A DNA stretch of 21,603 nt from a virus (IMGVR_UViG_2778261535_000006:1-21603); one strand, 5' to 3'; counted from the first letter of the stretch, positions 8,449 through 16,624 are shown. The notes: generated by a model not told the origin, from the sequence alone. Made by a program: numbers and translations.

Positions 8449-8652
8449 TCATTCTTCCTTTTTAATAATGACTTCTCGAGGGCGCAATTGTTGGATAGCA
8501 CGACAAATACAATATGGAATAACTGCCCATGCTACTCCCATTGCTGCACCTGCAGCCTGTTGTGGAGCACTCTGAGCACCGAAAACCCCGAGGATTCCTT
8601 CAATAAATCCAATAGCACTACACAAAAGACTGATGACCCAGAGAATTTTCAT
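8449..8652 (-). CDS. Small hydrophobic membrane protein, function unknown
   Basis: ATG 8652 with AGGAG ~9 nt upstream; 67 aa with two hydrophobic segments (ILWVISLLCSAIGFIEGILGVFGA, AAMGVAWAVIPYCICRAI). Confidence 0.5.
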   Translation of the reverse strand: MKILWVISLLCSAIGFIEGILGVFGAQSAPQQAAGAAMGVAWAVIPYCICRAIQQLRPREVIIKKEE

Positions 8653-8769
8653 AAACCCAAACTCCTTTTAAATAAACACATTACTAGGATAATTCTCATA
8701 AAATGTTAGTAAAGTATTTTCAGGAAAATAGCGTATCACTGCCTATTTTTGACACTGATGCTGGGATAA

Positions 8770-9195
8770 TTATTCCGGTCGCTGGAGTTGCTCATGATGA
8801 TACAGAGCGAGAATCAGGTCATAAGACCCTTGCCTGTCTTTGTAACCAGTTTTATCAACCAATTCAGCTTTACTGATTCCGGGTAAATCAAGAATCAGAT
8901 TCGCAACTTCAATTGCCCTTTGGTACAACTTACCGCCCTTTTTCTCCCCATGCACTGGTTTTACATTCTTGAGGTAACCGCTATCCGCCAGGGCGAGAAA
9001 TGTTGCCCTTGGGCATATCTTCTTTCTTGACGATTCGCTTTCTGTAACCTCTGCGACAGCTGCATCCCATGCATCACGAGGAGTCATTGAGCTATCAGCC
9101 ACCAAATGATAAGCGATTAAAGCAGCGTGAGCGTATTGAGACATAATGCATCCATATACAAAAATCTTATGATAAGACTTTTCTAATATGAACAC
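8770..9195 (-). CDS. Hypothetical protein (start ambiguous: track start 9195 or internal ATG 9144)
   Basis: ORF directly downstream of Rz/Rz1 in the lambda bor position; no motif I can name. Confidence 0.45.
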   Translation of the reverse strand: MFILEKSYHKIFVYGCIMSQYAHAALIAYHLVADSSMTPRDAWDAAVAEVTESESSRKKICPRATFLALADSGYLKNVKPVHGEKKGGKLYQRAIEVANLILDLPGISKAELVDKTGYKDRQGSYDLILALYHHEQLQRPE

Positions 9196-9626
9196 TGTGA
9201 TCTCACATACTCTTGCAGGCCATTCAATTGGTTAGTTATGGTTTCGATGCGCTCTCTGAGAACGAAATAATCCCGTTGAGCGGTGTCAGTAAGTCTGGGG
9301 CTGGAAGCATCATCCACGCCGGAGGCGGCGGTGGTTTTATGCATGTCGGGACAGACTGCTTTGACGTGCAGCCACTTACGACCAGCAGAAACATCAGCAC
9401 GAAGACTTTCGATAGTCGCGTTAGCATCAGCAAGCTCCTTTGTATATCTGGCATCGAGTTCAGCTACATTACGTTGACGTTTCTGCATGTCAGCGATAAT
9501 GGATGCGGCCTTATCGCGCTGTTCTTTGTAGGCGATGGCGTTATCACGGTAATGATTAACAGCCCATGACAGGCAGGCGATGATACAAATAACCAGAGCG
9601 GAGATAATCGCAGTTACTCTGCTCAT
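9183..9626 (-). CDS. Rz: Rz i-spanin
   Basis: [39 protein letters not shown]...[19 protein letters not shown] closely matches lambda Rz as I recall it; N-terminal TM helix plus coiled coil; follows the endolysin gene. Confidence 0.9.
   Translation of the reverse strand: MSRVTAIISALVICIIACLSWAVNHYRDNAIAYKEQRDKAASIIADMQKRQRNVAELDARYTKELADANATIESLRADVSAGRKWLHVKAVCPDMHKTTAASGVDDASSPRLTDTAQRDYFVLRERIETITNQLNGLQEYVRSQCSY
9236..9427 (-). CDS. Rz1: Rz1 o-spanin lipoprotein, embedded in the +1 frame of Rz
   Basis: Signal peptide and lipobox ([13 protein letters not shown]), proline-rich [10 protein letters not shown] and ...TPLNGIIS, matching lambda Rz1; start taken at internal Met (MLTRLSK...) rather than the track start. 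Confidence 0.8.
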   Translation of the reverse strand: MLTRLSKVFVLMFLLVVSGCTSKQSVPTCIKPPPPPAWMMLPAPDLLTPLNGIISFSESASKP

Positions 9627-10099
9627 ACCTCAATCTCACTGACCGTTCCGCCAGCTTCTTTGAATTTTGCAATCAGGCTGTCAGCCTTATGCTCGAACTG
9701 ACCATAACCAGCGCCCGGCAGTGAAGCCCAGATATTGCTGCAACGGTCGATAGCCTGACGAATATCACCGCGATCAATCATCGGTAAAGCGCCACGCTCT
9801 TTAATCTGCTGCAGTGCAACAGCGTCCTGGCTTTTCGGAGAGAAGTCTTTCAGCCCTAGCTGCTTGCGGTAGGCATCCCACCAACGGGAAAGAAGCTGGT
9901 AACGTCCAGCTGCAGTTGATTTAAGTTGCGGGTTTAGCGTGACAAGTTTGCGAGGGTGATCGGAGTAATCAGTGAAGAGTTCGCCACCGACAATAACGTC
10001 ATAACCGTGATTGCGGGTTGGCTGCCGTCCGTTATCCGTTCCTTCTGACCACGCCAACATATCGAGGAAAGCTTTACGCTGAGGATTAAGATTTTGCAT
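9623..10099 (-). CDS. R: Endolysin, lambda R-type lytic transglycosylase
   Basis: ...[50 protein letters not shown]... is nearly identical to lambda R as I recall it. Confidence 0.9.
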   Translation of the reverse strand: MQNLNPQRKAFLDMLAWSEGTDNGRQPTRNHGYDVIVGGELFTDYSDHPRKLVTLNPQLKSTAAGRYQLLSRWWDAYRKQLGLKDFSPKSQDAVALQQIKERGALPMIDRGDIRQAIDRCSNIWASLPGAGYGQFEHKADSLIAKFKEAGGTVSEIEV

Positions 10100-10403
10100 T
10101 TTTCACCCCTGTCAGTCGTTCCCAGAAGTACGTCAGTGCAACCGAACCCATCGCACCACTAATCCCCGCCGTCGCGAGAATCATGTAAATGCTGAATCCA
10201 CTTTCGATACTGATCAGGCCACCAATAACACCGGTGAATCCCGATACCACTATCTGAGCCAGAGCATTTATCCAGCTCCACGTTGCTTTACTCTGCTTCA
10301 CATCTATCAGGTAGCGGACCAGACCGCCCCAACCTGCGATGATCAGCAAAACGAGCCAGAACGCTCCGGCAAGGCTCTCTTTTTCGTGCATATGAATAGC
10401 CAA
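10086..10403 (-). CDS. Holin (three predicted TM segments, not lambda S-type)
   Basis: 105 aa, three hydrophobic segments, charged C-terminus, immediately upstream of and overlapping the endolysin gene; Met1 and Met5 (MAIHMHEKE) could form a holin/antiholin dual start. Confidence 0.65.
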   Translation of the reverse strand: MAIHMHEKESLAGAFWLVLLIIAGWGGLVRYLIDVKQSKATWSWINALAQIVVSGFTGVIGGLISIESGFSIYMILATAGISGAMGSVALTYFWERLTGVKNAKS

Positions 10404-10505
10404 TGTTTCGCCGCCGACAAAAGGCCGGGACGTTAAATGTCAGAAATCAGGCTCACGGGGTAATTTAACGACAAAGCACGGAGTTGATGCTCCCCACAAG
10501 CCTGG

Positions 10506-10531
10506 AATAAAAAAGCCAGCATGTAACTGGC
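10506..10531 (-). terminator. Intrinsic terminator in the Q-holin intergenic region (tR'-like)
   Basis: Minus strand: GCCAG-uuacau-GCUGGC followed by UUUUUUAUU. Confidence 0.55.
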
Positions 10532-10608
10532 AACAGAGGGTTAAGCAATATCAACTCAACAGCTGAAGACACCCTGGCTGGGGTAGGTTGGAAGGCTACT
10601 AACCGTCC

Positions 10609-10644
10609 AGAAACAGAAAAGCCCAAAGTTTTAAACCTCGGGCT
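10609..10644 (-). terminator. Second hairpin plus U-rich tract in the Q-holin intergenic region
   Basis: Minus strand: AGCCCGAGG-uuuaaaa-CUUUGGGCU (two G-U pairs) followed by UUUCUGUUUCU; pairing is better on the minus than the plus strand. Confidence 0.35.
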
Positions 10645-10712
10645 TGAATTTGGATTACTGCCAGTGCGTACAACATTGGCAAAATATCAGATTTACACGA
10701 AATATATGCTTT

Positions 10713-11402
10713 TTAATCCAGTTTTGCAATACTTTGCTGTGAAAATGTGGTCTTTTGTTTTGAACGTGTTTTCGTTAAAAGCAATAAAGCTTGGCTATCA
10801 AGCTGTAGAAAAATGTGCTTCATTGCAACCCAGCGTTCAGTAAATGTCTCAGACCAGTTTTTTGATGTCACTCCCACCAGTAATGCCAGCTCCTGGTATT
10901 CATAGGTCTTACGCCCTGCCAGCTCGTTCTTCACATCCTGTGCCGCCAACCAGATCAACTTCTTTAAGCGCTCCAGTGTCTTACTGGCAATTTTTCTTGT
11001 ACCTAACAGCGCCTTAAACTCGCTCCATGCCCACTGCGTTATGGCAACCTGATGCTCCCAGCGAATATTTTCACTGTAACTCCACAGCAACCACGCTTTC
11101 TGATGTTCATCGAGAGACAAAATCGCACGCCGCCACGAAGAGGTTGAAAACTCGACCGAACTGACCAGGGTGACAGATGAACCTTTTGCGTAGGACTGTT
11201 TACCGGAAATCGGCGGATTATCCAGCGTAATCATCTTGCCAGTTACCACATCCAGAATGCGCGGCTTCTTTCGTTTGTATGTACCAGTATCAAATTGTGC
11301 ATGCTCCAGCCAGGCTTCAAGCTGGCCTTTCATTGCTCCGCTCAAATCAGCGGTAGCCACCATGAGTTGCTCGCGGACATACTGTAAATATTGGGTATTC
11401 AT
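10713..11402 (-). CDS. Putative late-gene antiterminator (Q-like, not lambda Q-type)
   Basis: 229-aa ORF between rusA and the lysis cassette, followed by a ~310-bp non-coding region carrying terminator hairpins, as in the lambda Q-pR'-tR'-S arrangement. Call is positional; the sequence does not resemble lambda Q. Confidence 0.45.
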   Translation of the reverse strand: MNTQYLQYVREQLMVATADLSGAMKGQLEAWLEHAQFDTGTYKRKKPRILDVVTGKMITLDNPPISGKQSYAKGSSVTLVSSVEFSTSSWRRAILSLDEHQKAWLLWSYSENIRWEHQVAITQWAWSEFKALLGTRKIASKTLERLKKLIWLAAQDVKNELAGRKTYEYQELALLVGVTSKNWSETFTERWVAMKHIFLQLDSQALLLLTKTRSKQKTTFSQQSIAKLD

Positions 11403-11535
11403 GCGGCAGCTCCTTTCAGTGTTTTGGCGTAATTCCTCAGTATTCGGTAATCGGTCAAAACAGAACCGGGGAAACGATATAAGCGCAGGCGCATCCAGCA
11501 GTGGCGAAGAAGCTCTGCCATATAAAACTCAAACA

Positions 11536-11898
11536 TCATTCATCTCCCAGTTCAGTGATGGTCAGCTCCAGCTTTCCACCTTTGGTAACGGGCATCTTCA
11601 CAACGCGATAATCAACGACCTGAGCATCATCCAGCCAAAAACCTGCCTTAGTTAGTGCGTCAAAAGCGGCTTTTTGCAGATTATCCAGGTCACGGCGACG
11701 GCGATCCGGCATGTGGCACTCAATACGGATTTTCACAGGCATAGCCAGGCCGATATCCAGCATTGAGCCTTTAATGATTCGGGCGACGTTATCGCGGTAT
11801 GCCTGCCCTTCTGCGCTGATGTGCGTGCGCCCTCGATTATGGCGGTAGTAGCGGTTATTGCTCGGCGGCCAGGGTAGTGTGATGTGGTAAGTATTCAC
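11536..11898 (-). CDS. rusA: Holliday junction resolvase RusA
   Basis: [38 protein letters not shown]...[28 protein letters not shown] matches E. coli DLP12 RusA as I recall it; GTG start overlapping the upstream stop. Confidence 0.9.
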   Translation of the reverse strand: MNTYHITLPWPPSNNRYYRHNRGRTHISAEGQAYRDNVARIIKGSMLDIGLAMPVKIRIECHMPDRRRRDLDNLQKAAFDALTKAGFWLDDAQVVDYRVVKMPVTKGGKLELTITELGDE

Positions 11899-12185
11899 GC
11901 CTTAATTACCCCCTCTTTCAGCCAGATAACCTGCGTTCTCGCCATACCTTCCAGCGCGCATTCTTTTGCATATCCAGCGTCAACAAAATGCGTGCGACGG
12001 TCGATCTCGTCGTGACAGTCAGAACATGCAATGGTGGCAATAAGGTCTGGCGGTTTAATACCGGTGCCGCACAATCCAGCCAGCCGGATATGTGCCAGTA
12101 CAGACGTTTCAGGATTGCCATTACATACGCCAGGGATTCTTACCTGGCATTCCCGACCACGCGCTGCTTTTCTCAAATCAGCCAT
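11895..12185 (-). CDS. YbcO-like Cys-rich putative nuclease (DUF1364-type)
   Basis: Start taken at ATG 12185 ([32 protein letters not shown]...) with AGGAGG RBS; resembles DLP12 YbcO; Cys/His-rich. Confidence 0.75.
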   Translation of the reverse strand: MADLRKAARGRECQVRIPGVCNGNPETSVLAHIRLAGLCGTGIKPPDLIATIACSDCHDEIDRRTHFVDAGYAKECALEGMARTQVIWLKEGVIKA

Positions 12186-12348
12186 GATTCCTCCTTGCTG
12201 CCAGTCGCAACCATTTTTTATCAACCAGGCTGGCGGTATATCCGAGCAGTGTTGGTATTTCGGATGGCTTCAGCTCAGGTTTACGCTTACGACGATTTGG
12301 TACTCTGTAGATGTGTCCGTTCATGACACGAATAAGCGGTGTAGCCAT
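12178..12348 (-). CDS. ninE: NinE-family protein (56 aa); absent from the ORF track
   Basis: Minus-strand frame ATG 12348 to stop at 12180..12178: [56 protein letters not shown]. Basic, with the W-L-R-L motif of NinE proteins; GGAGG RBS; overlaps the ybcO-like start. Confidence 0.7.
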   Translation of the reverse strand: MATPLIRVMNGHIYRVPNRRKRKPELKPSEIPTLLGYTASLVDKKWLRLAARRNHG

Positions 12349-12803
12349 TACGCCTCCTGCTTGTCGCGCAGCAGCTGGAACTCGCAGCTCTGCGGAATAG
12401 TCAGGTGGCAGCCAATATTCATCGCCCAGGCTTCAACCTTACACAGGAAGACATACATCTCTCCGGTATCAAGATTGGAGGTATGGCGTAACGACTGGAT
12501 AGTAGTAATTTCGCCGGTTACGACATCAACCAGGTCCTTGGTTTCATAACCGAGGTATGTGTGTTTGAGAGCATCTTTAACCCATGCTGCAGTAGCGAAC
12601 GATTTCCCCCTGCTTATGAGGTATTCACTGATTTCGCTGTACCACATGTGGCTAAGTGCATTCTGGGAAAGACTGCGTCTCTCGCGCCACGGTTTAAGCA
12701 CCATGCGAAAGCATTTGCCGTCCTCCAGATAAGGCTGGATCTGCTGACCGATAGCGGTGAAGTTACCGCGATGCAATTTGATACCGTCTTGTGGGAGGTT
12801 CAC
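12348..12803 (-). CDS. ninB: NinB (Orf-family recombination mediator)
   Basis: GTG start with GGAGGTGAAG RBS; [15 protein letters not shown] parallels the lambda NinB RNRSLDQNRKLWA region; nin-region synteny. Confidence 0.75.
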   Translation of the reverse strand: MNLPQDGIKLHRGNFTAIGQQIQPYLEDGKCFRMVLKPWRERRSLSQNALSHMWYSEISEYLISRGKSFATAAWVKDALKHTYLGYETKDLVDVVTGEITTIQSLRHTSNLDTGEMYVFLCKVEAWAMNIGCHLTIPQSCEFQLLRDKQEA

Positions 12804-12986
12804 GCTTCACCTCCGCAGAGGTCAAACGCAAGATGCAAAGAATCACAGGTGCATTTTTGCATCTGTGAGGGGAGAAGAGAGTTTAGATTGTATGTGCGCA
12901 TAAACGTCCCCGTTTAGCGCAGAAGTCACCGGAGTTGTTCAGGCTCCGATGACATGATTATGGCGAGTTGATTATGGAAAATCAAA

Positions 12987-13190
12987 TTAGTACAAATCAC
13001 CACTGAAGCGTAAATTTTCCAGTTTGTTACGGTGAAAATTGATTTGCTGTGCGATAAAACTTAATCTTTCATGCCCGCTTTCTCCTTGCGAAATCTCAGT
13101 CTCTCTCCGTACTAGATCATCTAGTTGACGCTCATGATCTTCAATTTTTTTTCCTTCCCAATACTTCACGTAAGATTCAAAATCATCCAT
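12987..13190 (-). CDS. Hypothetical small acidic protein (67 aa)
   Basis: ATG 13190 preceded by a strong SD (AGAGGGGGTGA); not lambda-like; lies in a non-lambda insert between ren and ninB. Confidence 0.5.
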   Translation of the reverse strand: MDDFESYVKYWEGKKIEDHERQLDDLVRRETEISQGESGHERLSFIAQQINFHRNKLENLRFSGDLY

Positions 13191-13348
13191 TACTTCACCC
13201 CCTCTTATTTTTAGATATTTTCAAACCCAACAAACCACCTGCAGTGCGTTTGTCAGGCGAGTAAGTGGGGCAGCTTTAAAGTACTAGAATGTTTCATAAA
13301 GACATCCGACTTAACAATGTTCATGGCGCTACTAACTCTCGCACCAGT

Positions 13349-13657
13349 TTAGTAGGTAGTACAACTCATTCCGCCATTTATCGTGGGATTACAATTAGTT
13401 GTAATCGGTCTGTTAGCCGCATCGATAGCTGCCTGCTGAGCTTGCTGCTGTTGAATGGTCTGATTTGCTTGATTAAGGCCAACCTGCATTGCCCCCATAT
13501 CGCGAGCTGCATAGCAAGCGTCACGATCGCCATCATCACACATTGCAGAGACCTGACCGACAGTCTTGAATGCATAACGGCTATGCCACATCGAGCGGGT
13601 GTCACTTGTGCAGCCAGCCAATACTGAAACTGCCACGATCATCATTAAAATTTTCAT
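13349..13657 (-). CDS. Lipoprotein of unknown function (signal peptide + lipobox LAGC; Cys- and Gln-rich)
   Basis: MKILMMIVAVSVLAGCTSD...; flanked by AT-rich non-coding DNA on both sides; occupies the ren-nin junction. Confidence 0.6.
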   Translation of the reverse strand: MKILMMIVAVSVLAGCTSDTRSMWHSRYAFKTVGQVSAMCDDGDRDACYAARDMGAMQVGLNQANQTIQQQQAQQAAIDAANRPITTNCNPTINGGMSCTTY

Positions 13658-13762
13658 TATTGAATACTCTTTATTTTGTAAAAGATACTACTGATTAAAA
13701 TACGCTCAACCCAGATATGGAATTATGATGCTGCTCATCATCTTTGCATATTGAGATTTCCA

Positions 13763-14056
13763 TCACAGTAAATTTTTTCCCCAAACCATCAACACCCGTT
13801 TCATCGCGGCACTCTGGCGACACTCCTTAAAAATCAGGTTAGTGCTCACCTTTCCTTCCCGTTCTTCCCTGGTAGCGAACCTGTAATACACCGTTCGCCA
13901 GACCTTACCATCAATGACCAAGATTCCTGCCCGCGCCATTTTAGCCGCAGCCTGATTTATGCTGGTTACTGTTGCGCCTGTTACCGCAGCAACGTCGTGC
14001 GCACAGAAGCTCTTATGCGTCCCCAGGTAATAAATAATTGCCTCTTTGCCCGTCAT
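13763..14056 (-). CDS. ren: Ren
   Basis: MTGKEAIIYYLGTHKSFCAHDVAAVTGATVTSINQAAAKMARAG...WRTVYYRFATREEREGK is near-identical to lambda Ren as I recall it. Confidence 0.9.
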   Translation of the reverse strand: MTGKEAIIYYLGTHKSFCAHDVAAVTGATVTSINQAAAKMARAGILVIDGKVWRTVYYRFATREEREGKVSTNLIFKECRQSAAMKRVLMVWGKNLL

Positions 14057-14754
14057 ACACTTGCCCCTTTCAGTCCGAACTTAGCTTTGATTTCTGCGAT
14101 CTTCGCCAAAGCCTGTGCACGATTTAGAGGTCTACCGCCCATGACAGGAAGTTGTTTTACTGGTTCAGGTATCGACTCACCACGGTTAATTCGCGCGGTC
14201 ATACAGGCCAGTTCATCGGCAGCCTTGCGCCGTAATTCCGCATCAGTAAGCGCATTGGCCCGCATGTTCTGGTACAGATTGGTAACCAGCCAGTAGTGCG
14301 CGTTTGATTTCCACGGATAAGACTCTGCATCCGGATACAGTCCACGCTTCCGGCAATACTCATAAACCATATCAACAAGCTCGCTGGCGTTTGGCAGCCC
14401 GGCGATAATGGATGCTTCTTCCCGGCACCAGGCGACAAACTGCCCGGGTGATGGCAGGAATGGTCGATTCTGCCGACGGGCTACGCGCATTCCAGCGTTA
14501 ACCTGTTCCATCGTGGTGATCCCATTTTCCCGGAAAGCCAGAACCCACTGGCGGCGGATTTCGTTCAGTTCATTCTGGTCCCGGTTAGCCAGGCTCGCCG
14601 GGAAAGTTGCCAGTAACTGGCTGAACACACCATTGATAATCTGCGCTACCTGCTGTACCTGCGGCTTTTCGTCGTACTGTTCCGGCATGTTATTGGCGAT
14701 CCGGCGCATCTGCTCACGGTCAAAATTAACCATCTGTGCGGCGATGTTTTTCAT
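14053..14754 (-). CDS. P: Replication protein P (DnaB helicase loader)
   Basis: MKNIAAQMVNFDREQMRRIANNMPEQYDEKPQVQQVAQIINGVFSQL... is essentially lambda P over its full 233 aa. Confidence 0.95.
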   Translation of the reverse strand: MKNIAAQMVNFDREQMRRIANNMPEQYDEKPQVQQVAQIINGVFSQLLATFPASLANRDQNELNEIRRQWVLAFRENGITTMEQVNAGMRVARRQNRPFLPSPGQFVAWCREEASIIAGLPNASELVDMVYEYCRKRGLYPDAESYPWKSNAHYWLVTNLYQNMRANALTDAELRRKAADELACMTARINRGESIPEPVKQLPVMGGRPLNRAQALAKIAEIKAKFGLKGASV

Positions 14755-15680
14755 AGCTCCACCCCGTAAATCCAGTCAGTGTTCGTCAGGTCGAGTTTTG
14801 GTTTTCCGGCTGTCACGCCAGCCTGTTGCTTGTTACGGTTGATTTCGAGCTGGGTCCACTTGTCGCGTAGTTTGGCCGGACTCAGCACGTTACCGGACCA
14901 GAAGTTGTCCTGGCAGGCCCAGCGGAACAGCACGCACATGTCGCGGTGGTTACGTCCGTCACGTTCACGCATCAGGCGGATATCGTTAGCCCACCCTGCA
15001 AAATTCGGTTTTCTGGCTGAAGGCGCGATGGTCTTCACCATGTCAAACATCCACTCTGCGGCGGTCAGGTCTTCTGCTGTCCCCCACTTGCTGCCGCTCT
15101 GAATCGCAGCATCCGGTTTCACCACAGGAAGAGCATTTTCTGGCTGGTCAGAGGATTCGTCAGAATTCTCGGACGAAAAAGGTTTTATATTGTCTTTTGT
15201 TAGTTTGTCTTTTGTATTTACCTGATTCGGGTAAGTGCGTTTACCTGATTTGGGTAAACTTTTTTTACCTGATTCAGGTAAATTTACCTCTTTCAGGTAA
15301 ACTTTATTTTTCTTACCTGATTCGGGTAATGTTGACCATTCACTGACCACATTATTAATGCCGATATTCCGCCCGCTCTGAATAAAAATCCCACGCTTTA
15401 CCAGAACACTTTTTGCAGCAGAACACTTGTGCGGCAATATCCCGGTCAACTCGGAAAGTTGCTCGTTGCTCACCCAATCCAGTTTTTTATTAAAGCCATA
15501 TGTTTTGCGCATGACAGCCAGGAAGACCAGAAGCTGGTGCTGTGTTAATCCGGCCAGCATTACAGCTTCCAGCAACTCATTTGCAATGCGCGTATAACCA
15601 TCATCGAGATCTGCCACGCGCGGCTCCTTTTGTGCCGCATCCGGCACTGGAAAATTGAATATCTCAGCAGTGTTTGCCAT
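14751..15680 (-). CDS. O: Replication initiator O
   Basis: Start taken at ATG 15680 (MANTAEIFNF...RVADLDDGY...) with GGGAGG RBS, not the track start at 15770. N-terminal region and C-terminal ...DWIYGVEL match lambda O; iterons lie inside the gene. Confidence 0.85.
   Translation of the reverse strand: MANTAEIFNFPVPDAAQKEPRVADLDDGYTRIANELLEAVMLAGLTQHQLLVFLAVMRKTYGFNKKLDWVSNEQLSELTGILPHKCSAAKSVLVKRGIFIQSGRNIGINNVVSEWSTLPESGKKNKVYLKEVNLPESGKKSLPKSGKRTYPNQVNTKDKLTKDNIKPFSSENSDESSDQPENALPVVKPDAAIQSGSKWGTAEDLTAAEWMFDMVKTIAPSARKPNFAGWANDIRLMRERDGRNHRDMCVLFRWACQDNFWSGNVLSPAKLRDKWTQLEINRNKQQAGVTAGKPKLDLTNTDWIYGVEL
15218..15329. repeat. Origin iterons (ori-lambda-like) inside O
   Basis: Five ~17-bp repeats TTACCTGATTCGGGTAA (15218), TTACCTGATTTGGGTAA (15241), TTACCTGATTCAGGTAA (15265), TTACCTCTTTCAGGTAA (15284), TTACCTGATTCGGGTAA (15313), each with TTACC/GGTAA symmetry, next to an AT-rich tract at 15181..15217. 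Confidence 0.75.
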
Positions 15681-15766
15681 AATTCCTCCCGCAATGAGTG
15701 TGTTACGATTTGCACCTGAAAGTCGGTTCTGTTCCCGCAGACCGACTTTCGCCATTTTTGAACCTG

Positions 15767-16306
15767 TCATATTGCCCCCAGCATGGTGGTGACCATCGCC
15801 ATCAATGGACCAGCCAGATCCGGGTCCACTCGAAACATCGACACAATGCCTTCACTCATCTCCTTCAGTTTCTGGTGGCGTGGTGCGTTGAGAATGACCG
15901 CCTGCTTTGCCTCACTGAGTTCCTTTTCCATTTCAGCCAGCCGAGCCATGAAGCTATCCTGCTCAACCAGGTGGCCGCGATATTCCAGCGGTAGTACCGC
16001 CAGAATTGCCGGGGTCAGTTCACGCACGTTATTTCGGTATTTTTCAGAATCGAATTTGTTATCGAGGAAGCGGAACAGCTTCTGGCGTGCACGACTGACA
16101 TCATCAGGAAAATCGATGGTGCCGCCGCCCTGTGCTCGATACTCATTCACAATGAGTGCGGCAACTACATCCTGATTATCTTCAGCAGACCAGGCGCGGA
16201 CGGCATCACGAATTTTTTCGTGGCCTGGCACCTGTTTTATTTGAGAACGATTTATCACCGCAGTCGGGCTAAATCCGCTAGTCTGTTGGTATGTAAGTGG
16301 TTGCAT
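15767..16306 (-). CDS. YdaT-like protein in the cII position
   Basis: Lies between the cro-like gene and O. Motifs EYRAQGGG and LTPAILAVLPLEYRGHL resemble what I recall of Rac prophage YdaT; unverified. Start taken at the second ATG (16306). Confidence 0.45.
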   Translation of the reverse strand: MQPLTYQQTSGFSPTAVINRSQIKQVPGHEKIRDAVRAWSAEDNQDVVAALIVNEYRAQGGGTIDFPDDVSRARQKLFRFLDNKFDSEKYRNNVRELTPAILAVLPLEYRGHLVEQDSFMARLAEMEKELSEAKQAVILNAPRHQKLKEMSEGIVSMFRVDPDLAGPLMAMVTTMLGAI

Positions 16307-16336
16307 AATCATCGCCTTATCAGTTAACGCCGCAGA

Positions 16337-16564
16337 TTAGGCGGCAGAATTACTCGCGTTAAACAATGGTGCGAGGTCGGGACGAATATCTGCTGGCTTA
16401 ATCTTTCCACCAGTGGCTGAGACAATTTTCATTACATAGCGGGCATCAATTCCGCCACCGTGTAGCCAACGCCAAACAGTGGGCTGGGCTACACCGCATA
16501 GATCTGCCAGTCGTTTTTGACTACCTGTAATACTGATTGCGAGTTGAATGGTTTGATTTGTCAT
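16337..16564 (-). CDS. Cro-like / YdaS-like small HTH regulator
   Basis: ~75 aa, helix-turn-helix-like LADLCGVAQPTVWRW, divergent from the repressor gene across an operator-bearing region; start taken at ATG 16564 with AGGA RBS. Confidence 0.6.
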   Translation of the reverse strand: MTNQTIQLAISITGSQKRLADLCGVAQPTVWRWLHGGGIDARYVMKIVSATGGKIKPADIRPDLAPLFNASNSAA

Positions 16565-16595
16565 TATCAATTCCTATTGGTATTACAATGAATGA

Positions 16596-16624
16596 ATAAT
16601 AGCAATGCGTATTAACCATGGCAA
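16596..16624 (-). promoter_or_regulatory. Putative pR (early rightward-equivalent promoter driving the cro-like operon)
   Basis: Minus strand: -35 TTGCCA (16624..16619), 17-nt spacer, -10 TATTAT (16601..16596), ~30 nt upstream of the cro-like start; overlapped by a palindromic operator candidate. Confidence 0.5.

Noticed and set aside
10404-10712. Possible tRNA gene in the Q-holin intergenic region
   Set aside because: I looked for a T-loop (GGTTCGAATCC-like) and cloverleaf-compatible segments and found none; the structured elements there look like terminator hairpins. A tRNAscan-SE run would settle it.
11918-12549. ORFs 11918..12121 (-), 11988..12326 (+) and 12031..12549 (+) in the ybcO, ninE and ninB region
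   Set aside because: Out-of-frame or antisense overlaps of RusA, YbcO-like, NinE and NinB genes that are supported by sequence similarity and RBSs.
15218-15329. Short direct repeats considered as a possible CRISPR array or transposon ends
   Set aside because: The repeats are 17 bp, irregularly spaced, lie inside the O gene and sit beside an AT-rich tract, which fits ori iterons. No CRISPR-like repeat-spacer periodicity, cas genes or transposase is present in the window.
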